64,000 bases of DNA from a virus (IMGVR_UViG_3300028595_000011:451-64450); one strand, 5' to 3'. Shown: positions 35,936 through 45,226, counted from the first letter of the stretch. Notes: generated by a model from the sequence alone, not told the origin. Translations and numbers: made by a program.

Positions 35936-36099
35936 TCTTAGACATTCTTGCGTTGGTGATCCTGGTGATTCTTTCGGGACTGGTTTTGTTACTCTTGTTG
36001 TCATGGGCTGCGGAAGACCCGGATGGTTGCGGGGCTGCATTTATTGTTCTTGCTCTTGTGATGGCTTTCTTATGGGCTATTTATCGTCTGGGTGGATAA
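35932..36099 (+). CDS. Small two-TM membrane protein (not in track)
   Basis: ATGA overlap; MILDILALVILV... Confidence 0.55.
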   Translation: MILDILALVILVILSGLVLLLLLSWAAEDPDGCGAAFIVLALVMAFLWAIYRLGG

Positions 36100-36149
36100 T
36101 AATGTTATACATGGTATTCAATTGCACTGGATTAGAAGGGGAGGATGAT

Positions 36150-36344
36150 ATGGGTAAAGAGAAGCGTCCGGTAAACGTAAACATGGACATGAGTATGTAC
36201 GAGGAGATTTGCGTAGAGGTGGAGGAGATGAACGATAACTTGAAGAGCATGAATATTCCTACGCGGGTGAGCGTGCACGGGTTTATCATTGGTGCGATTC
36301 GGGAGAAGCTGGAAAGGCTTGAGGATATGGAGAGGGTGAAATGA
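36150..36344 (+). CDS. Ribbon-helix-helix (Arc/CopG-like) regulator
   Basis: RPVNVNMD beta strand plus two helices (SVHGFIIGAIREKL); GGAGG RBS. Confidence 0.6.
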   Translation: MGKEKRPVNVNMDMSMYEEICVEVEEMNDNLKSMNIPTRVSVHGFIIGAIREKLERLEDMERVK

Positions 36345-36562
36345 CTACACTGGAAAATTTGAAAGAGCTTGTTGAGGCGCTGAAAGAGGCAGATACGCTC
36401 ATGTACGCGGTAGAGCGTGATGCGAAGGTGAGTTCTTGGCCGCATCAGAACAGGGCTATTATGGATCTGGTTGATAGGAATATTGATTTTTTGCATAAGA
36501 TTATGAAGAAGCTAGACCTGATTTATGTAGAGCATTCCAAGGATCACCGGACGGGGCAGTGA
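36341..36562 (+). CDS. Hypothetical protein
   Basis: ATGA overlap. Confidence 0.6.
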   Translation: MTTLENLKELVEALKEADTLMYAVERDAKVSSWPHQNRAIMDLVDRNIDFLHKIMKKLDLIYVEHSKDHRTGQ

Positions 36563-36727
36563 GCGCTTTACAGTTAATACACTGCATAGTTAGTTTTATT
36601 AGTTTCGTTAGTTGCGTTAGTTAGTGTGCTTTTTTTTCAGGGTGGAAAAAGTTACACCCGATTTGTCCACTTGACATCGGTCCCGAGGTCGGACATCCGA
36701 ATTCGGACACACGAATTGAATGAGTAG

Positions 36728-36756
36728 TTGACACGCTACGTAACGTTATGTATCGT
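36728..36756 (+). promoter_or_regulatory. Sigma70-type promoter of the replication initiator
   Basis: TTGACA-17 nt-TATCGT; spacer holds the TAACGTTA palindrome. Confidence 0.65.
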
Positions 36757-36773
36757 TAGTAGCGGAGGATTAA

Positions 36774-37226
36774 ATGAATACATACGGAAAGATTTGGAAA
36801 AGCATGTTTGAGGGTTCCCTTTATGGTAAGGGGGCTGTAGTACAGGCGTTGATGGCGTATTCCATTGCGTGTGCAGACAAGAACGATCTCCTTGAATTGA
36901 ATTCTAGTTTGTTGGCAAACACGATAGGGTGTGACAAGAAGGAGGTTGATGCTGCAATTGAGTTCCTAACGTCTCCTGATGAGAACTCACGTTCTAAGGA
37001 GGAGGGTGGCAGGAGACTGATTCACCGGGATGGATTCACATATTTCGTAGTTAACAGGAAGTTCTATTCCTCTGCTACGAGTGACGATGACTACCGAAGG
37101 AACTGCAGGATTCGACAGAGGCGTCGCCGGTACAGGCTGTGGTGTGAGGAAAATGGGGAGAAGTTTTCTGAAGAGAAGTTTCAATTCAAAGACAGGGACT
37201 CCTTTCCGCAGGACTGGAAGAAGTAG
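36774..37226 (+). CDS. Phage replication initiator, N-terminal wHTH part
   Basis: YGKIWKSMFEGSL..AIEFLTSPDENSRS..GRRL..VVN..RIRQRRRR pattern of replisome-organiser N-domains. Confidence 0.7.
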   Translation: MNTYGKIWKSMFEGSLYGKGAVVQALMAYSIACADKNDLLELNSSLLANTIGCDKKEVDAAIEFLTSPDENSRSKEEGGRRLIHRDGFTYFVVNRKFYSSATSDDDYRRNCRIRQRRRRYRLWCEENGEKFSEEKFQFKDRDSFPQDWKK

Positions 37227-37330
37227 CGTGTCGTCACGTTACGTCACCCCATATAGATATAGATATAAATATACTGTTAGTATTTGTTAGTACGGTTACT
37301 GAATACATGCAGTACTTAACCAGTATTTAG
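37227..37330. other. Putative replication origin (iteron-like plus AT-rich)
   Basis: GTCACGTTACGTCAC, ATAGATATAGATATAAATATA, GTTAGTA repeats. Confidence 0.45.
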
Positions 37331-37338
37331 GAGGAGCG

Positions 37339-37533
37339 ATGCTGCTAACGATTCTGTGTGCTTTGTATATTGTCGTTTCAGGGGGCGTTTTTGCGTACAT
37401 CGTTAATGATGGTTCAATTGTGGACTACGATGAAATGGGGACTGCGGTGATGCTGGCGTTTCTATGGCCACTCACGGTGCCTATTGCTTTGGTTGGCACT
37501 TTCATTTTGTTGCTAGTAGATAAGTTCAGATGA
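37339..37533 (+). CDS. Small membrane protein
   Basis: Two TM segments, FLWP motif, GGAGG RBS. Confidence 0.6.
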   Translation: MLLTILCALYIVVSGGVFAYIVNDGSIVDYDEMGTAVMLAFLWPLTVPIALVGTFILLLVDKFR

Positions 37534-37544
37534 TGGGAGGAGTG

Positions 37545-37817
37545 ATGCCGTACGTAAAAGATAATCCGCCAACCCGCTCGCAAGTTGTAGAGTGGTGGGC
37601 GTTGAAGGGCTGCGTGGTAGATAGGAAGGTGCTGCAACAGGCAGATTTGTTCATTGAGTGGTACGAGGATAGGGGGTGGAAGGATGCGCGTGGTAAACTG
37701 CTGAAGGTGTGGCGTGCAGCCGCTACCGGGTGGGCGATTCGTGGGAACTTCACACTGACCGCCAAGGCGCAGTTTGCTATGGACGACATCGCGGAGAAGT
37801 ACAATGGGAAACGATAA
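37545..37817 (+). CDS. Stand-alone replication-initiator C-terminal domain
   Basis: PPTRSQV..ADLFIEWYEDRGW..LKVWRAAATGW motif. Confidence 0.6.
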   Translation: MPYVKDNPPTRSQVVEWWALKGCVVDRKVLQQADLFIEWYEDRGWKDARGKLLKVWRAAATGWAIRGNFTLTAKAQFAMDDIAEKYNGKR

Positions 37818-38061
37818 GAAGAGACTGTTGGTGTTGAGCGTTGTGAGGGATAGGCTTAAACACATCAGGGAGAAGGAAGCAGAACTGAAACTCCTTTTGG
37901 AGCACTACAAAGACTACCCAATTGTCCCGGCAGAAAACCTCGGGAAGATGATGGTTGTGATATGCCCACACTGCGGAATCACTGCGTACAATTGCGACGA
38001 GCACCTTCACAGGTGCGGGTGGTGCCAAGGTTGGTACTACTATGCTAAGGTAGAAAAATAA
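37804..38061 (+). CDS. Zn-ribbon protein
   Basis: CPHC..CGWC. Confidence 0.6.
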   Translation: MGNDKKRLLVLSVVRDRLKHIREKEAELKLLLEHYKDYPIVPAENLGKMMVVICPHCGITAYNCDEHLHRCGWCQGWYYYAKVEK

Positions 38062-38070
38062 GGAGAACCG

Positions 38071-38343
38071 ATGAAATATATTGATGGTTCGGATGTTGTG
38101 TGGTTCTTGATCTGCATCATTGTTGCTGCTGTCGTGTTCGGGTGGTGCAATACTTACGATGCGTGTTGGCAGGAAGAGAGAGATCGCTATATCAGTGATT
38201 GCGCAGGGGCGTACCAAGCCGGTGGGCTGCAGATGCCCGCGAGCATGGTCTTTGAGTCGTGCGCTGAAGCTTTTGATAAAGGGTGGCGCACCAGCTACCC
38301 GCTGGCAATTCCTGGAGGAGCAATTGATGAGAATTCTAATTGA
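38071..38343 (+). CDS. Membrane-anchored Cys-rich protein
   Basis: AAGGAG RBS; N-terminal TM. Confidence 0.6.
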   Translation: MKYIDGSDVVWFLICIIVAAVVFGWCNTYDACWQEERDRYISDCAGAYQAGGLQMPASMVFESCAEAFDKGWRTSYPLAIPGGAIDENSN

Positions 38344-38860
38344 CGCAGATGGGGTGATCACCAACTTTACTGAAACGTTCGAGACTATCTATGTTGGCTG
38401 TGGGGGGAAGATTCCAGAGGGATTCATTTGGGATCACTGGCACGCCATGGACAAGTTGGAGAAGGGGATTGTTGAACAGGTGTGGAATGACCCGTACTTG
38501 TTCCGTGTGCAGGAGCCGTACTCCGGTGCGCTTGAGGCGCTGGAAAGACTGAACAAGGAACACGAGGTGTTCATTGTTACGTCAACTCCGCACATGCATG
38601 CATGGTCGAGGAGCGACTGGTTTAGGCGGAATGCTCCATTTATTCACAGGGAAAACCAGATCGTCTTCACGAGCCAGAAATACCTCATTCGCGGAGATGT
38701 CTTGGTAGAAGACAATCTCCTCAACCTTGAGGAGTGGCACCGCAACAACCCGAGAGGGTGGCCGGTCCTGATCGACAGGCCGTGGAACTGGGAAGAAACC
38801 CCCTCCTTCGGCTACGAAGTTTACGCCAGCCTTGGTTCGTTTGCTCAGGGGGTGTGCTGA
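38327..38860 (+). CDS. HAD 5'(3')-deoxyribonucleotidase (NT5C family)
   Basis: MRILIDADGV..IVTS..K..DVLVEDN..RPWN. Confidence 0.85.
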   Translation: MRILIDADGVITNFTETFETIYVGCGGKIPEGFIWDHWHAMDKLEKGIVEQVWNDPYLFRVQEPYSGALEALERLNKEHEVFIVTSTPHMHAWSRSDWFRRNAPFIHRENQIVFTSQKYLIRGDVLVEDNLLNLEEWHRNNPRGWPVLIDRPWNWEETPSFGYEVYASLGSFAQGVC

Positions 38861-39090
38861 TGAGAATCGTAATCGAGTACAACAGCGACAACGCCAAGGA
38901 CCGGGAAGCATTTATCCGCGCCCTTGACGCACACAAATGGGCTGATGCAGTGGCGGAGTTTGATAACATGCTGCTGCGGCGTCAGGTCGGAATGGATGTA
39001 TGCGATCCGCTGAAGAAGCAGATTGATGACATCCGAGATGATCTCTATACAGCATTTGCTGAGGAGGGAATCGACTTGGAGGATCAGTGA
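38860..39090 (+). CDS. Hypothetical protein
   Basis: TGATG coupling. Confidence 0.6.
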   Translation: MRIVIEYNSDNAKDREAFIRALDAHKWADAVAEFDNMLLRRQVGMDVCDPLKKQIDDIRDDLYTAFAEEGIDLEDQ

Positions 39091-39091
39091 C

Positions 39092-39340
39092 ATGACACTC
39101 AAAGACTGGACTCCCAAAGAGGGTTGGAGAATGGAACGTGCAGTCGAGGTAACTGATTGCCCGTATTGCAGGGAACCCAGCGAGTTCTATCTGTGCGACG
39201 TATTTGGGTGCAGCAATACTGAATTGGTGGCGGGCTTTCTTAATGCGTCCGCAAGGAGACATGTGCAGGTTTGTGGCAAGCACGCCTGGATAGCATACGG
39301 GGAGACAAAGGATGGACCTACAGAGCCTGAAGCTGCATGA
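39092..39340 (+). CDS. Cys-rich hypothetical protein
   Basis: GGAGG RBS; CPYC. Confidence 0.55.
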   Translation: MTLKDWTPKEGWRMERAVEVTDCPYCREPSEFYLCDVFGCSNTELVAGFLNASARRHVQVCGKHAWIAYGETKDGPTEPEAA

Positions 39341-39485
39341 GTTGGAAGAACTGATGTGCGAAACAATGGAGAAGATCAAGTCGGCGTGGGCCGAGACTGA
39401 TCGGCAGCGGATGATCATTGCAGAACTTGAAACGAGAAGGCTTGATTTGGAAGATCTATTGGAGAAGGTGAGGAACGATGAGTGA
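39312..39485 (+). CDS. Small coiled-coil protein (not in track)
   Basis: GGAG RBS; fills the gap. Confidence 0.5.
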   Translation: MDLQSLKLHELEELMCETMEKIKSAWAETDRQRMIIAELETRRLDLEDLLEKVRNDE

Positions 39486-39951
39486 CAACATTGCGGACGA
39501 TTTGAGTGAATGGATCATATGGCTCCGCGAAAATGCGGACGACGACGGCCTTTGCAGGGTTAACCAAGAAGAGTTACTAAAAACGCTCCGTATTGCCTCG
39601 CAGGCAATCGACGAGAAACGGAGTACAGTGGATGATCTGGACGAAAGTACCCACTTGCGGTGGGAAAATCTGCGCCAAGTAGACATCGACAACATCGTAT
39701 CGGAGTTGCCATTTGCTACGCTGCGCTTCTATGCAAATGACCCAGACTCTATGCGGAGGTTTCGCCTGTGTCTACAAGCTGAGGAGATGCACAATCTACT
39801 GTTCGAACTTTCCCATAACACCATCCACGATGAGATGGAGTATAGGTGTGCTGACAACCATGACGGGGAAGTTGCATACAACACTCTTCAGTGGGTGCAG
39901 GATCAGATTTGGGCAGAGATTGAAGCGCGTGACATTAGAATGGAGGAATGA
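39478..39951 (+). CDS. Hypothetical protein
   Basis: 157-aa ORF, coupled start. Confidence 0.6.
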   Translation: MSDNIADDLSEWIIWLRENADDDGLCRVNQEELLKTLRIASQAIDEKRSTVDDLDESTHLRWENLRQVDIDNIVSELPFATLRFYANDPDSMRRFRLCLQAEEMHNLLFELSHNTIHDEMEYRCADNHDGEVAYNTLQWVQDQIWAEIEARDIRMEE

Positions 39952-39952
39952 A

Positions 39953-41164
39953 ATGAAAAAATATCTTTTAACCTTTGCGTTGTTGATGTGTGCCTCACTT
40001 GCATTGGGACAAGTCCCATGCAGTGAGTGTCTGCCAGCGGATGATATCACTTGCATCATCTCGCCGGAGATTTGCGAAGAATGCTGGGACACTTGCTATC
40101 GAGTAAGAATCACAACGCCGGTTGGGCCTGGGCGTCAGGCCGGTGTGGACTATATGCTGCATCGGCAGGTCGGCGTGACAGCCATCGACTATGGCCCTAA
40201 TGATCTTGAGATGACAGAGATCCTTGCTGATGAGGGGTTCCGTACGGTACAGCTTTGGACCGACACGGTGCCGTATTGTCCGGGCCACCATGAGCCGCCG
40301 TTCCCCAGCACCGAGTGGGTGGTGGACGAGCCTGGCTGCGAGTTCGAGCAGTTCATCCGGCGCACGAGGGCGAAGCAGATCTTTGTTCGATTGCACGCCT
40401 GGGCTGACACCGAAGGCAATGATCAGCCTAACGCATGTAGAATCAACACATTAGAACCTGCTGGGCACATTGTTTACCGTCTGTACGAAATGTTCTGGTG
40501 GAAGGATATCACCATCGTTGTTACACCGTGGGAGCAGGGATGGTACAGCCTTGGCTGTTGGGACTGTCCAGAGCGGGAAGAGTGTTGTCCTGAAACGTAT
40601 CGGAATGACTGTACCTGGGGCCTGAAGCGGCAGGAGTACATGGTCAGGCAGGACCGACTTGTCGCCCAGTACGAGCGGCTTATGGTCCATGTAAAGCAGG
40701 CGAGGGCGCTGATGATCCAGCGATACCCCAAAGCCAAGCTGAACGTTACCTTTGCCATGACAGTCAACAAGAGTGGCGGGTACAATGTCCCTGGTCAGCC
40801 GCCGAGATACGAGTGGACCGAGGGGCTTCCTACCCTGGCCGAGCGCATCGGCTGGATGGACAACCCACCAGACTACGTGGCGGTGAGCTACTACGTCTAT
40901 GGGGTGGACCCGACAATCGTGCTGGACCACATTAAAGAGGCGACTCGTTTTCCGAAGCACCGCATCTTCATTGCCGAGTTCGGTGGCAACACGCCGGAGT
41001 CACAGGTGCAGAGAATTGCGGACTACGTTCCAGCTTTCTGGGACTGGGGCATCCGCACCGTTCTGTTGTGGGTCTATTACCAACCAGAAGACACGCCGTG
41101 GATGCTCACCGACGAGGCATTGGACGAGGCCCGGCGATTGAACATTGAGGCGATTTCATGGTGA
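39953..41164 (+). CDS. Secreted Cys-rich glycoside-hydrolase-like (TIM-barrel) protein
   Basis: Signal peptide MKKYLLTFALLMCASLALG; PWEQ and IFIAEFG motifs. Confidence 0.55.
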   Translation: MKKYLLTFALLMCASLALGQVPCSECLPADDITCIISPEICEECWDTCYRVRITTPVGPGRQAGVDYMLHRQVGVTAIDYGPNDLEMTEILADEGFRTVQLWTDTVPYCPGHHEPPFPSTEWVVDEPGCEFEQFIRRTRAKQIFVRLHAWADTEGNDQPNACRINTLEPAGHIVYRLYEMFWWKDITIVVTPWEQGWYSLGCWDCPEREECCPETYRNDCTWGLKRQEYMVRQDRLVAQYERLMVHVKQARALMIQRYPKAKLNVTFAMTVNKSGGYNVPGQPPRYEWTEGLPTLAERIGWMDNPPDYVAVSYYVYGVDPTIVLDHIKEATRFPKHRIFIAEFGGNTPESQVQRIADYVPAFWDWGIRTVLLWVYYQPEDTPWMLTDEALDEARRLNIEAISW

Positions 41165-41436
41165 AATACGAAATTGAATACTATCCCGAGGTTGCGTGTG
41201 ATGACTGTGGTAGAATAGGTGTCTACGATGTGGATGGGCAGTACGTTTGCACTTATTGCCTAAACGCCTGTATCCGTGCAGAGGAGTTGTTTGATGATGG
41301 ATCGCTACAAAACGGATTCGAAGGGGAACTTGGTGGACTTGAATCCGCCAGTGAAGAAAAACCAAACAATCAAGAGGGGAACAGCGGAGTGGGTCTACTC
41401 GATCCCAAGAAAATACGCGAAGGCTCTTCTGGCTGA
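41158..41436 (+). CDS. Small Zn-finger protein
   Basis: CDDC..CTYC. Confidence 0.5.
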   Translation: MVKYEIEYYPEVACDDCGRIGVYDVDGQYVCTYCLNACIRAEELFDDGSLQNGFEGELGGLESASEEKPNNQEGNSGVGLLDPKKIREGSSG

Positions 41437-41456
41437 CATAGAGGGGAGGAAACCAC

Positions 41457-41852
41457 ATGCCTCGAAGAAGGAGCGGCTACGACGGATTCAACAACTGGAA
41501 TCAGGGGTTCTCAAGCGGGAACACTTTTCGAGATGTAAACCAGCAATTAGGAGCGATGAATCAATGGAATAACACGGCAACGCATGAGTTCCAAACATTC
41601 ACATATGAGCAAATGGCTCGGGCTTTTGGTGTGCAAACCCAAGCCCAACAGCAGCAGTATCAAAATATTTATGCATCAGTGCGGGAGATGGAACAGGCGC
41701 GACAGCCAACAACAGACGAAAGAAGAGACAGAAACACATGGCCAGAGTTCCTGACATCAGTTTCGGAATCAGACATGCACTGGGAGTGGGCTGAACCTGA
41801 GAAGGAACATGTTGTAAAGTGCTCTCCGATTAAACGAAGACTTCCAAAATAA
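41457..41852 (+). CDS. Q/N-rich protein ending IKRRLPK
   Basis: GGAGG RBS. Confidence 0.6.
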   Translation: MPRRRSGYDGFNNWNQGFSSGNTFRDVNQQLGAMNQWNNTATHEFQTFTYEQMARAFGVQTQAQQQQYQNIYASVREMEQARQPTTDERRDRNTWPEFLTSVSESDMHWEWAEPEKEHVVKCSPIKRRLPK

Positions 41853-41862
41853 GGAGGAAGAG

Positions 41863-42123
41863 ATGCGAGTATTCAAAGCTAAGAAGAAGAAACAACTTGA
41901 TGGTCGTGACAAGCCGCTGTGGATTGACGTTGGGTTCACCATGCTCCAGGGCGAGTATGATGGCAGGGAAACTTATACTCTGATTGATGAGCGAACAGGA
42001 GAGAAGTATTCCTTGTTCGCTATCGAAAGAAAGCAGGAGCCGTCACAGCAGCCGTCGTATGGAGACATCCCGACGAGCGGCCCCGTCCCCACTGAAGAGG
42101 GAGCAGGTGACGTACCGTTCTGA
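41863..42123 (+). CDS. Small SSB-like protein
   Basis: KPLWIDVG beta core, flexible tail ending DVPF. Confidence 0.55.
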   Translation: MRVFKAKKKKQLDGRDKPLWIDVGFTMLQGEYDGRETYTLIDERTGEKYSLFAIERKQEPSQQPSYGDIPTSGPVPTEEGAGDVPF

Positions 42124-42279
42124 TGGTCCCGGTAGCTACGTTTGTGAGCAGTGTGGTCGATGGGAACCGTGGCCCATTGACCCCTGCCCACAATGTACAA
42201 ATAACAAAGAGGTTCTGGGAATGTCCATCAACGAGCGATACAAGCTCGGGCTTTACCAAACCAGGAGGATAATAGAAGA

Positions 42280-42555
42280 ATGTTGTGGAAGGAATTCAAA
42301 TGCAAAGCCTGCGGGCATGTCATCGAAAACTTCTCCTGCAGGCCAGAAGACACCAGCATCGAATGCAAAGAGTGCGGTGGTGAAGCCAGGGTTGTCATCA
42401 CCCCCAAGCCGACAAGGTTCAAAGGGGCGGGGTGGCAAACCAAAAGGCCAATCGAAACGTTCCCAGACGAGCCGGACGACCCGGCGAAGTGGGACAAAGA
42501 CTCACACGGAGTAGAAGCCTCGCTTAAGCGTGGCCAAACATATGACAGCTATTAG
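42280..42555 (+). CDS. FmdB-like Zn-ribbon protein
   Basis: EFKCKACGH..CKECGG..FKGAGW. Confidence 0.75.
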   Translation: MLWKEFKCKACGHVIENFSCRPEDTSIECKECGGEARVVITPKPTRFKGAGWQTKRPIETFPDEPDDPAKWDKDSHGVEASLKRGQTYDSY

Positions 42556-42564
42556 GAGTAGAAA

Positions 42565-43143
42565 ATGACAAAGGATGAAGAGAACCTTGTTGCGAGGGCG
42601 CAAGAGGTTTGGCAGAACATCTTGACCAGAGAGGCCGCCGTGCCGCAGCCGCCATCAGAGCGTGGTGGTCGGGCGATCACCATTACCGTTGCTGCTGACA
42701 TCGCTGGCTTAGTAAAAGACCCCGAGCTTGTGAGGGAGCTTGTTCTTGACTTTGCCGCAAGAGACGACATGGGCTTTAAGAAGCACAAGCAGAACCTTGA
42801 GGTCGGTGATGGCAGGGATACGGAGTACGACCTTTACCAAGAGCTTCTGGATGCAGTCCAGTACAACAAGAAAGCAATCCTGGAAAATGATCCCGCGACC
42901 GGAATTGGTCATTTCTATGTTGAGATCTATGAACGACTGATAGAGCTTGTTGCTCAGGTAAAGCATCAGCTTTTGGCCAGGCCCGAGTACGAAGACGCAA
43001 TGGATTTCAAAGATTGTTCAAGGAGAACCACCAATGACAGTGACAACTCAGGATGTGAAGAGACTTCTAGCTACCAGCGGTTCGATGCCACCGAAGGAAA
43101 TTCTGGACCATTTCCACGAATCTTCCTTGCAGGAGATCAGTGA
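42565..43143 (+). CDS. All-alpha NTP pyrophosphohydrolase-like protein
   Basis: RDDMGFKKH..GRD..DLYQELLDAVQY. Confidence 0.5.
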   Translation: MTKDEENLVARAQEVWQNILTREAAVPQPPSERGGRAITITVAADIAGLVKDPELVRELVLDFAARDDMGFKKHKQNLEVGDGRDTEYDLYQELLDAVQYNKKAILENDPATGIGHFYVEIYERLIELVAQVKHQLLARPEYEDAMDFKDCSRRTTNDSDNSGCEETSSYQRFDATEGNSGPFPRIFLAGDQ

Positions 43144-43231
43144 TATCCTTTGGCAACTTATTGACAATGGTGAAGTTGACATCACACCCTACAAAGAAAT
43201 CAAACTGAATGGAGAACACACGGATGAGTGA
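43034..43231 (+). CDS. Small winged-helix protein
   Basis: AAGGAG RBS; ILWQLIDNGEV; overlaps upstream ORF by 110 nt. Confidence 0.5.
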   Translation: MTVTTQDVKRLLATSGSMPPKEILDHFHESSLQEISDILWQLIDNGEVDITPYKEIKLNGEHTDE

Positions 43232-43475
43232 TGAAAAATATGAGGGAGTTAAGGATGGTGAGGCGATTGACATTGACTGGCGCAGTGGAGAAGCTATACG
43301 GTTTTCTTGCTGCGATTGCGGCTTGGTGCATCAAATTAACGTTGTTGCTGCGGGGCCGAAAATTAGAATGAGATTCTACAGGATGGAACGGGACACTCAA
43401 CAGCGAAGGGCAGAGAGGGGCATCATCCTCGAAGGGTATGTGCCTCCTCCAATTGGGCCTGGGGAGTTGAATTAG
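43224..43475 (+). CDS. Hypothetical phage protein (CCDCGLVH)
   Basis: GGAG RBS. Confidence 0.6.
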   Translation: MSDEKYEGVKDGEAIDIDWRSGEAIRFSCCDCGLVHQINVVAAGPKIRMRFYRMERDTQQRRAERGIILEGYVPPPIGPGELN

Positions 43476-44791
43476 TGAGCACACTAGACTCCATTGATAC
43501 AGAAGTGGCCGTGCTTAGCGCGGTCTTTGCTGATCCAGCAACGCTTTGGGATGCCATGTCTATCGTTGAGTCTGACCATTTCAGGGACAGAAGGAATCAG
43601 TATATCTTCAGTGCGCTCAGTAGTTTAGCTACAAATGGAATGCCGTACGACATGTCGGCTGTAAGGACGAAGCTTCGCCAAGATGGAGACATGTTTGTGG
43701 TTACTGAGTCGCACCTGTCTTCTTTGGAGGATCTGTCACCCGACACCACAAACGTTGCATGGTACGCCAACAAAATCAAAGAATCGTTCGTTAGGATTGA
43801 GGCGATCAAAGAAACCAATCGCCTTAAGGCTCAGCTTGAACAAGGTGGAAACTTAAAGGAGATTCTCGATGACCACAGTAAAACGTTGCTTGACCTGCAC
43901 GGCGGTCTTGCCGCTAGATCGGAAGCCGTCCATATCTCGCGCCCAGTCGGAGAGGCAATGGATCTGTTGGCAAAAATGCGTGCTGGAGATATTTCAGGAC
44001 TTGGTGTTCGAACTGGAGTTGGCGTCCTCGACGACAGGTTCAGCTTCTTTGCCCCAAAAAATGTCTACGTTATCTGCGGTGGAGTCTCTGCTGGAAAAAG
44101 CGCTCTCGCAGACCAAATCGCAGACTACGTGGCAGGGAATGGTTCAAATGTCTATGTTTCGTGCCTTGAGATGTCCGCGATGCAACGCGCTCAGCGATTC
44201 ATCTCAAGGAGGGCAAGAGTATCGTTGAAGGCTTGGCAGGCGAAGGACATGTTGAGCAAGGCCGCTGAGGAGAGCCTGCAGAAAGCGGCAGCGGAGTTCA
44301 GGAAGCCGCCCATTTACATTGATGACGCTCGTGGTTTAACGGCGCTCGACATCATGGCGAAGGCTCGGCGGTTTAGAGACACGCACGGTCTCGGCATGCT
44401 CATCATTGATTATCTGCAATTGATGAAGCCGCTGCGTCGTGGTCCACGGGAGCAAGAGGTTGCTGAAATGTCTGGCGCTGTGCTTGATATATCTGGCGAT
44501 CTTGATGTTCCGGTGATCCTTGTGTCGCAGTTATCGAGAACACACCAACACGAGAACAGGGAGCCGGAGCTTCGTGATCTTCGAGAGTCTGGCCGGATTG
44601 AGCAAGACGCCTTTGGTGTTGTTGCCATCTACAGGCCCCACCTTGAAGAGCCTGAGAGCAAGGTCATTGTGTTGAAGAACAGACAGGGTCCGCTTGGTCG
44701 CAGACAGATGCGATTCATTGGAGAACAGGTGCGCTTTGAGGAGATCCAATCTACAGACGTATACTACAAGGAGGCCTTTGGTGGCAATTAA
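43475..44791 (+). CDS. dnaB: Replicative DNA helicase
   Basis: Walker A GGVSAGKS, LEM, IIDYLQL, SQLSR, DLRESGRIEQDA, KNRQGP. Confidence 0.93.
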   Translation: MSTLDSIDTEVAVLSAVFADPATLWDAMSIVESDHFRDRRNQYIFSALSSLATNGMPYDMSAVRTKLRQDGDMFVVTESHLSSLEDLSPDTTNVAWYANKIKESFVRIEAIKETNRLKAQLEQGGNLKEILDDHSKTLLDLHGGLAARSEAVHISRPVGEAMDLLAKMRAGDISGLGVRTGVGVLDDRFSFFAPKNVYVICGGVSAGKSALADQIADYVAGNGSNVYVSCLEMSAMQRAQRFISRRARVSLKAWQAKDMLSKAAEESLQKAAAEFRKPPIYIDDARGLTALDIMAKARRFRDTHGLGMLIIDYLQLMKPLRRGPREQEVAEMSGAVLDISGDLDVPVILVSQLSRTHQHENREPELRDLRESGRIEQDAFGVVAIYRPHLEEPESKVIVLKNRQGPLGRRQMRFIGEQVRFEEIQSTDVYYKEAFGGN

Positions 44792-44981
44792 GGAAATTCA
44801 CCTGGTTGTTAAGCACCCACAGGTTGGGCAGTTCATTGCTCGAAAGATAACTGATCCAGAGCAATTGAATGATGATACGTTTATTGATCGAACTGTAAAT
44901 AATCTTGAACGACAACTAAAGAACAAGGGCGGGTGGGGCGACTGTCCGCCCGCAGTGTTCTGTCGGAGGATTGAAGAATAA
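44781..44981 (+). CDS. Hypothetical protein
   Basis: GTG start, AAGGAGG RBS. Confidence 0.5.
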   Translation: MAIKEIHLVVKHPQVGQFIARKITDPEQLNDDTFIDRTVNNLERQLKNKGGWGDCPPAVFCRRIEE

Positions 44982-45226
44982 TGGGCGGAAGGTATAAGTC
45001 CACATTCACTGAGCAGGAAGTGCTTAATGTCATCAAGCAGAATCCTGGCATTACGGCAACTCGGTTGGCCATTAGGTTTTCCGTGAGTCGGCAAGCCATG
45101 CACCATAGGCTGAACAAACTTATAAGGAAGGGGTTTCTGAAGATCGACAATGGTGCCGGTCGAAGACCCAATGGGTACTACACGCTAGATCCAACACCTT
45201 GGAGAAGGAAAAGGTTTCATGGCTAG
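44981..45226 (+). CDS. Winged-HTH DNA-binding protein
   Basis: PGITATRLA..VSRQAMHHRLNKL..GFL. Confidence 0.75.
   Translation: MGGRYKSTFTEQEVLNVIKQNPGITATRLAIRFSVSRQAMHHRLNKLIRKGFLKIDNGAGRRPNGYYTLDPTPWRRKRFHG

Noticed and set aside
35492-36040. 182-aa minus-strand ORF at the strand switch
   Set aside because: P/H/T-rich shadow of G-rich + strand genes that have good RBSs.
37224-37266. Stop-codon reassignment or TAG readthrough restoring a full initiator
   Set aside because: Further in-frame TAG and TAA follow within 14 codons, and genes genome-wide are intact in the standard code.
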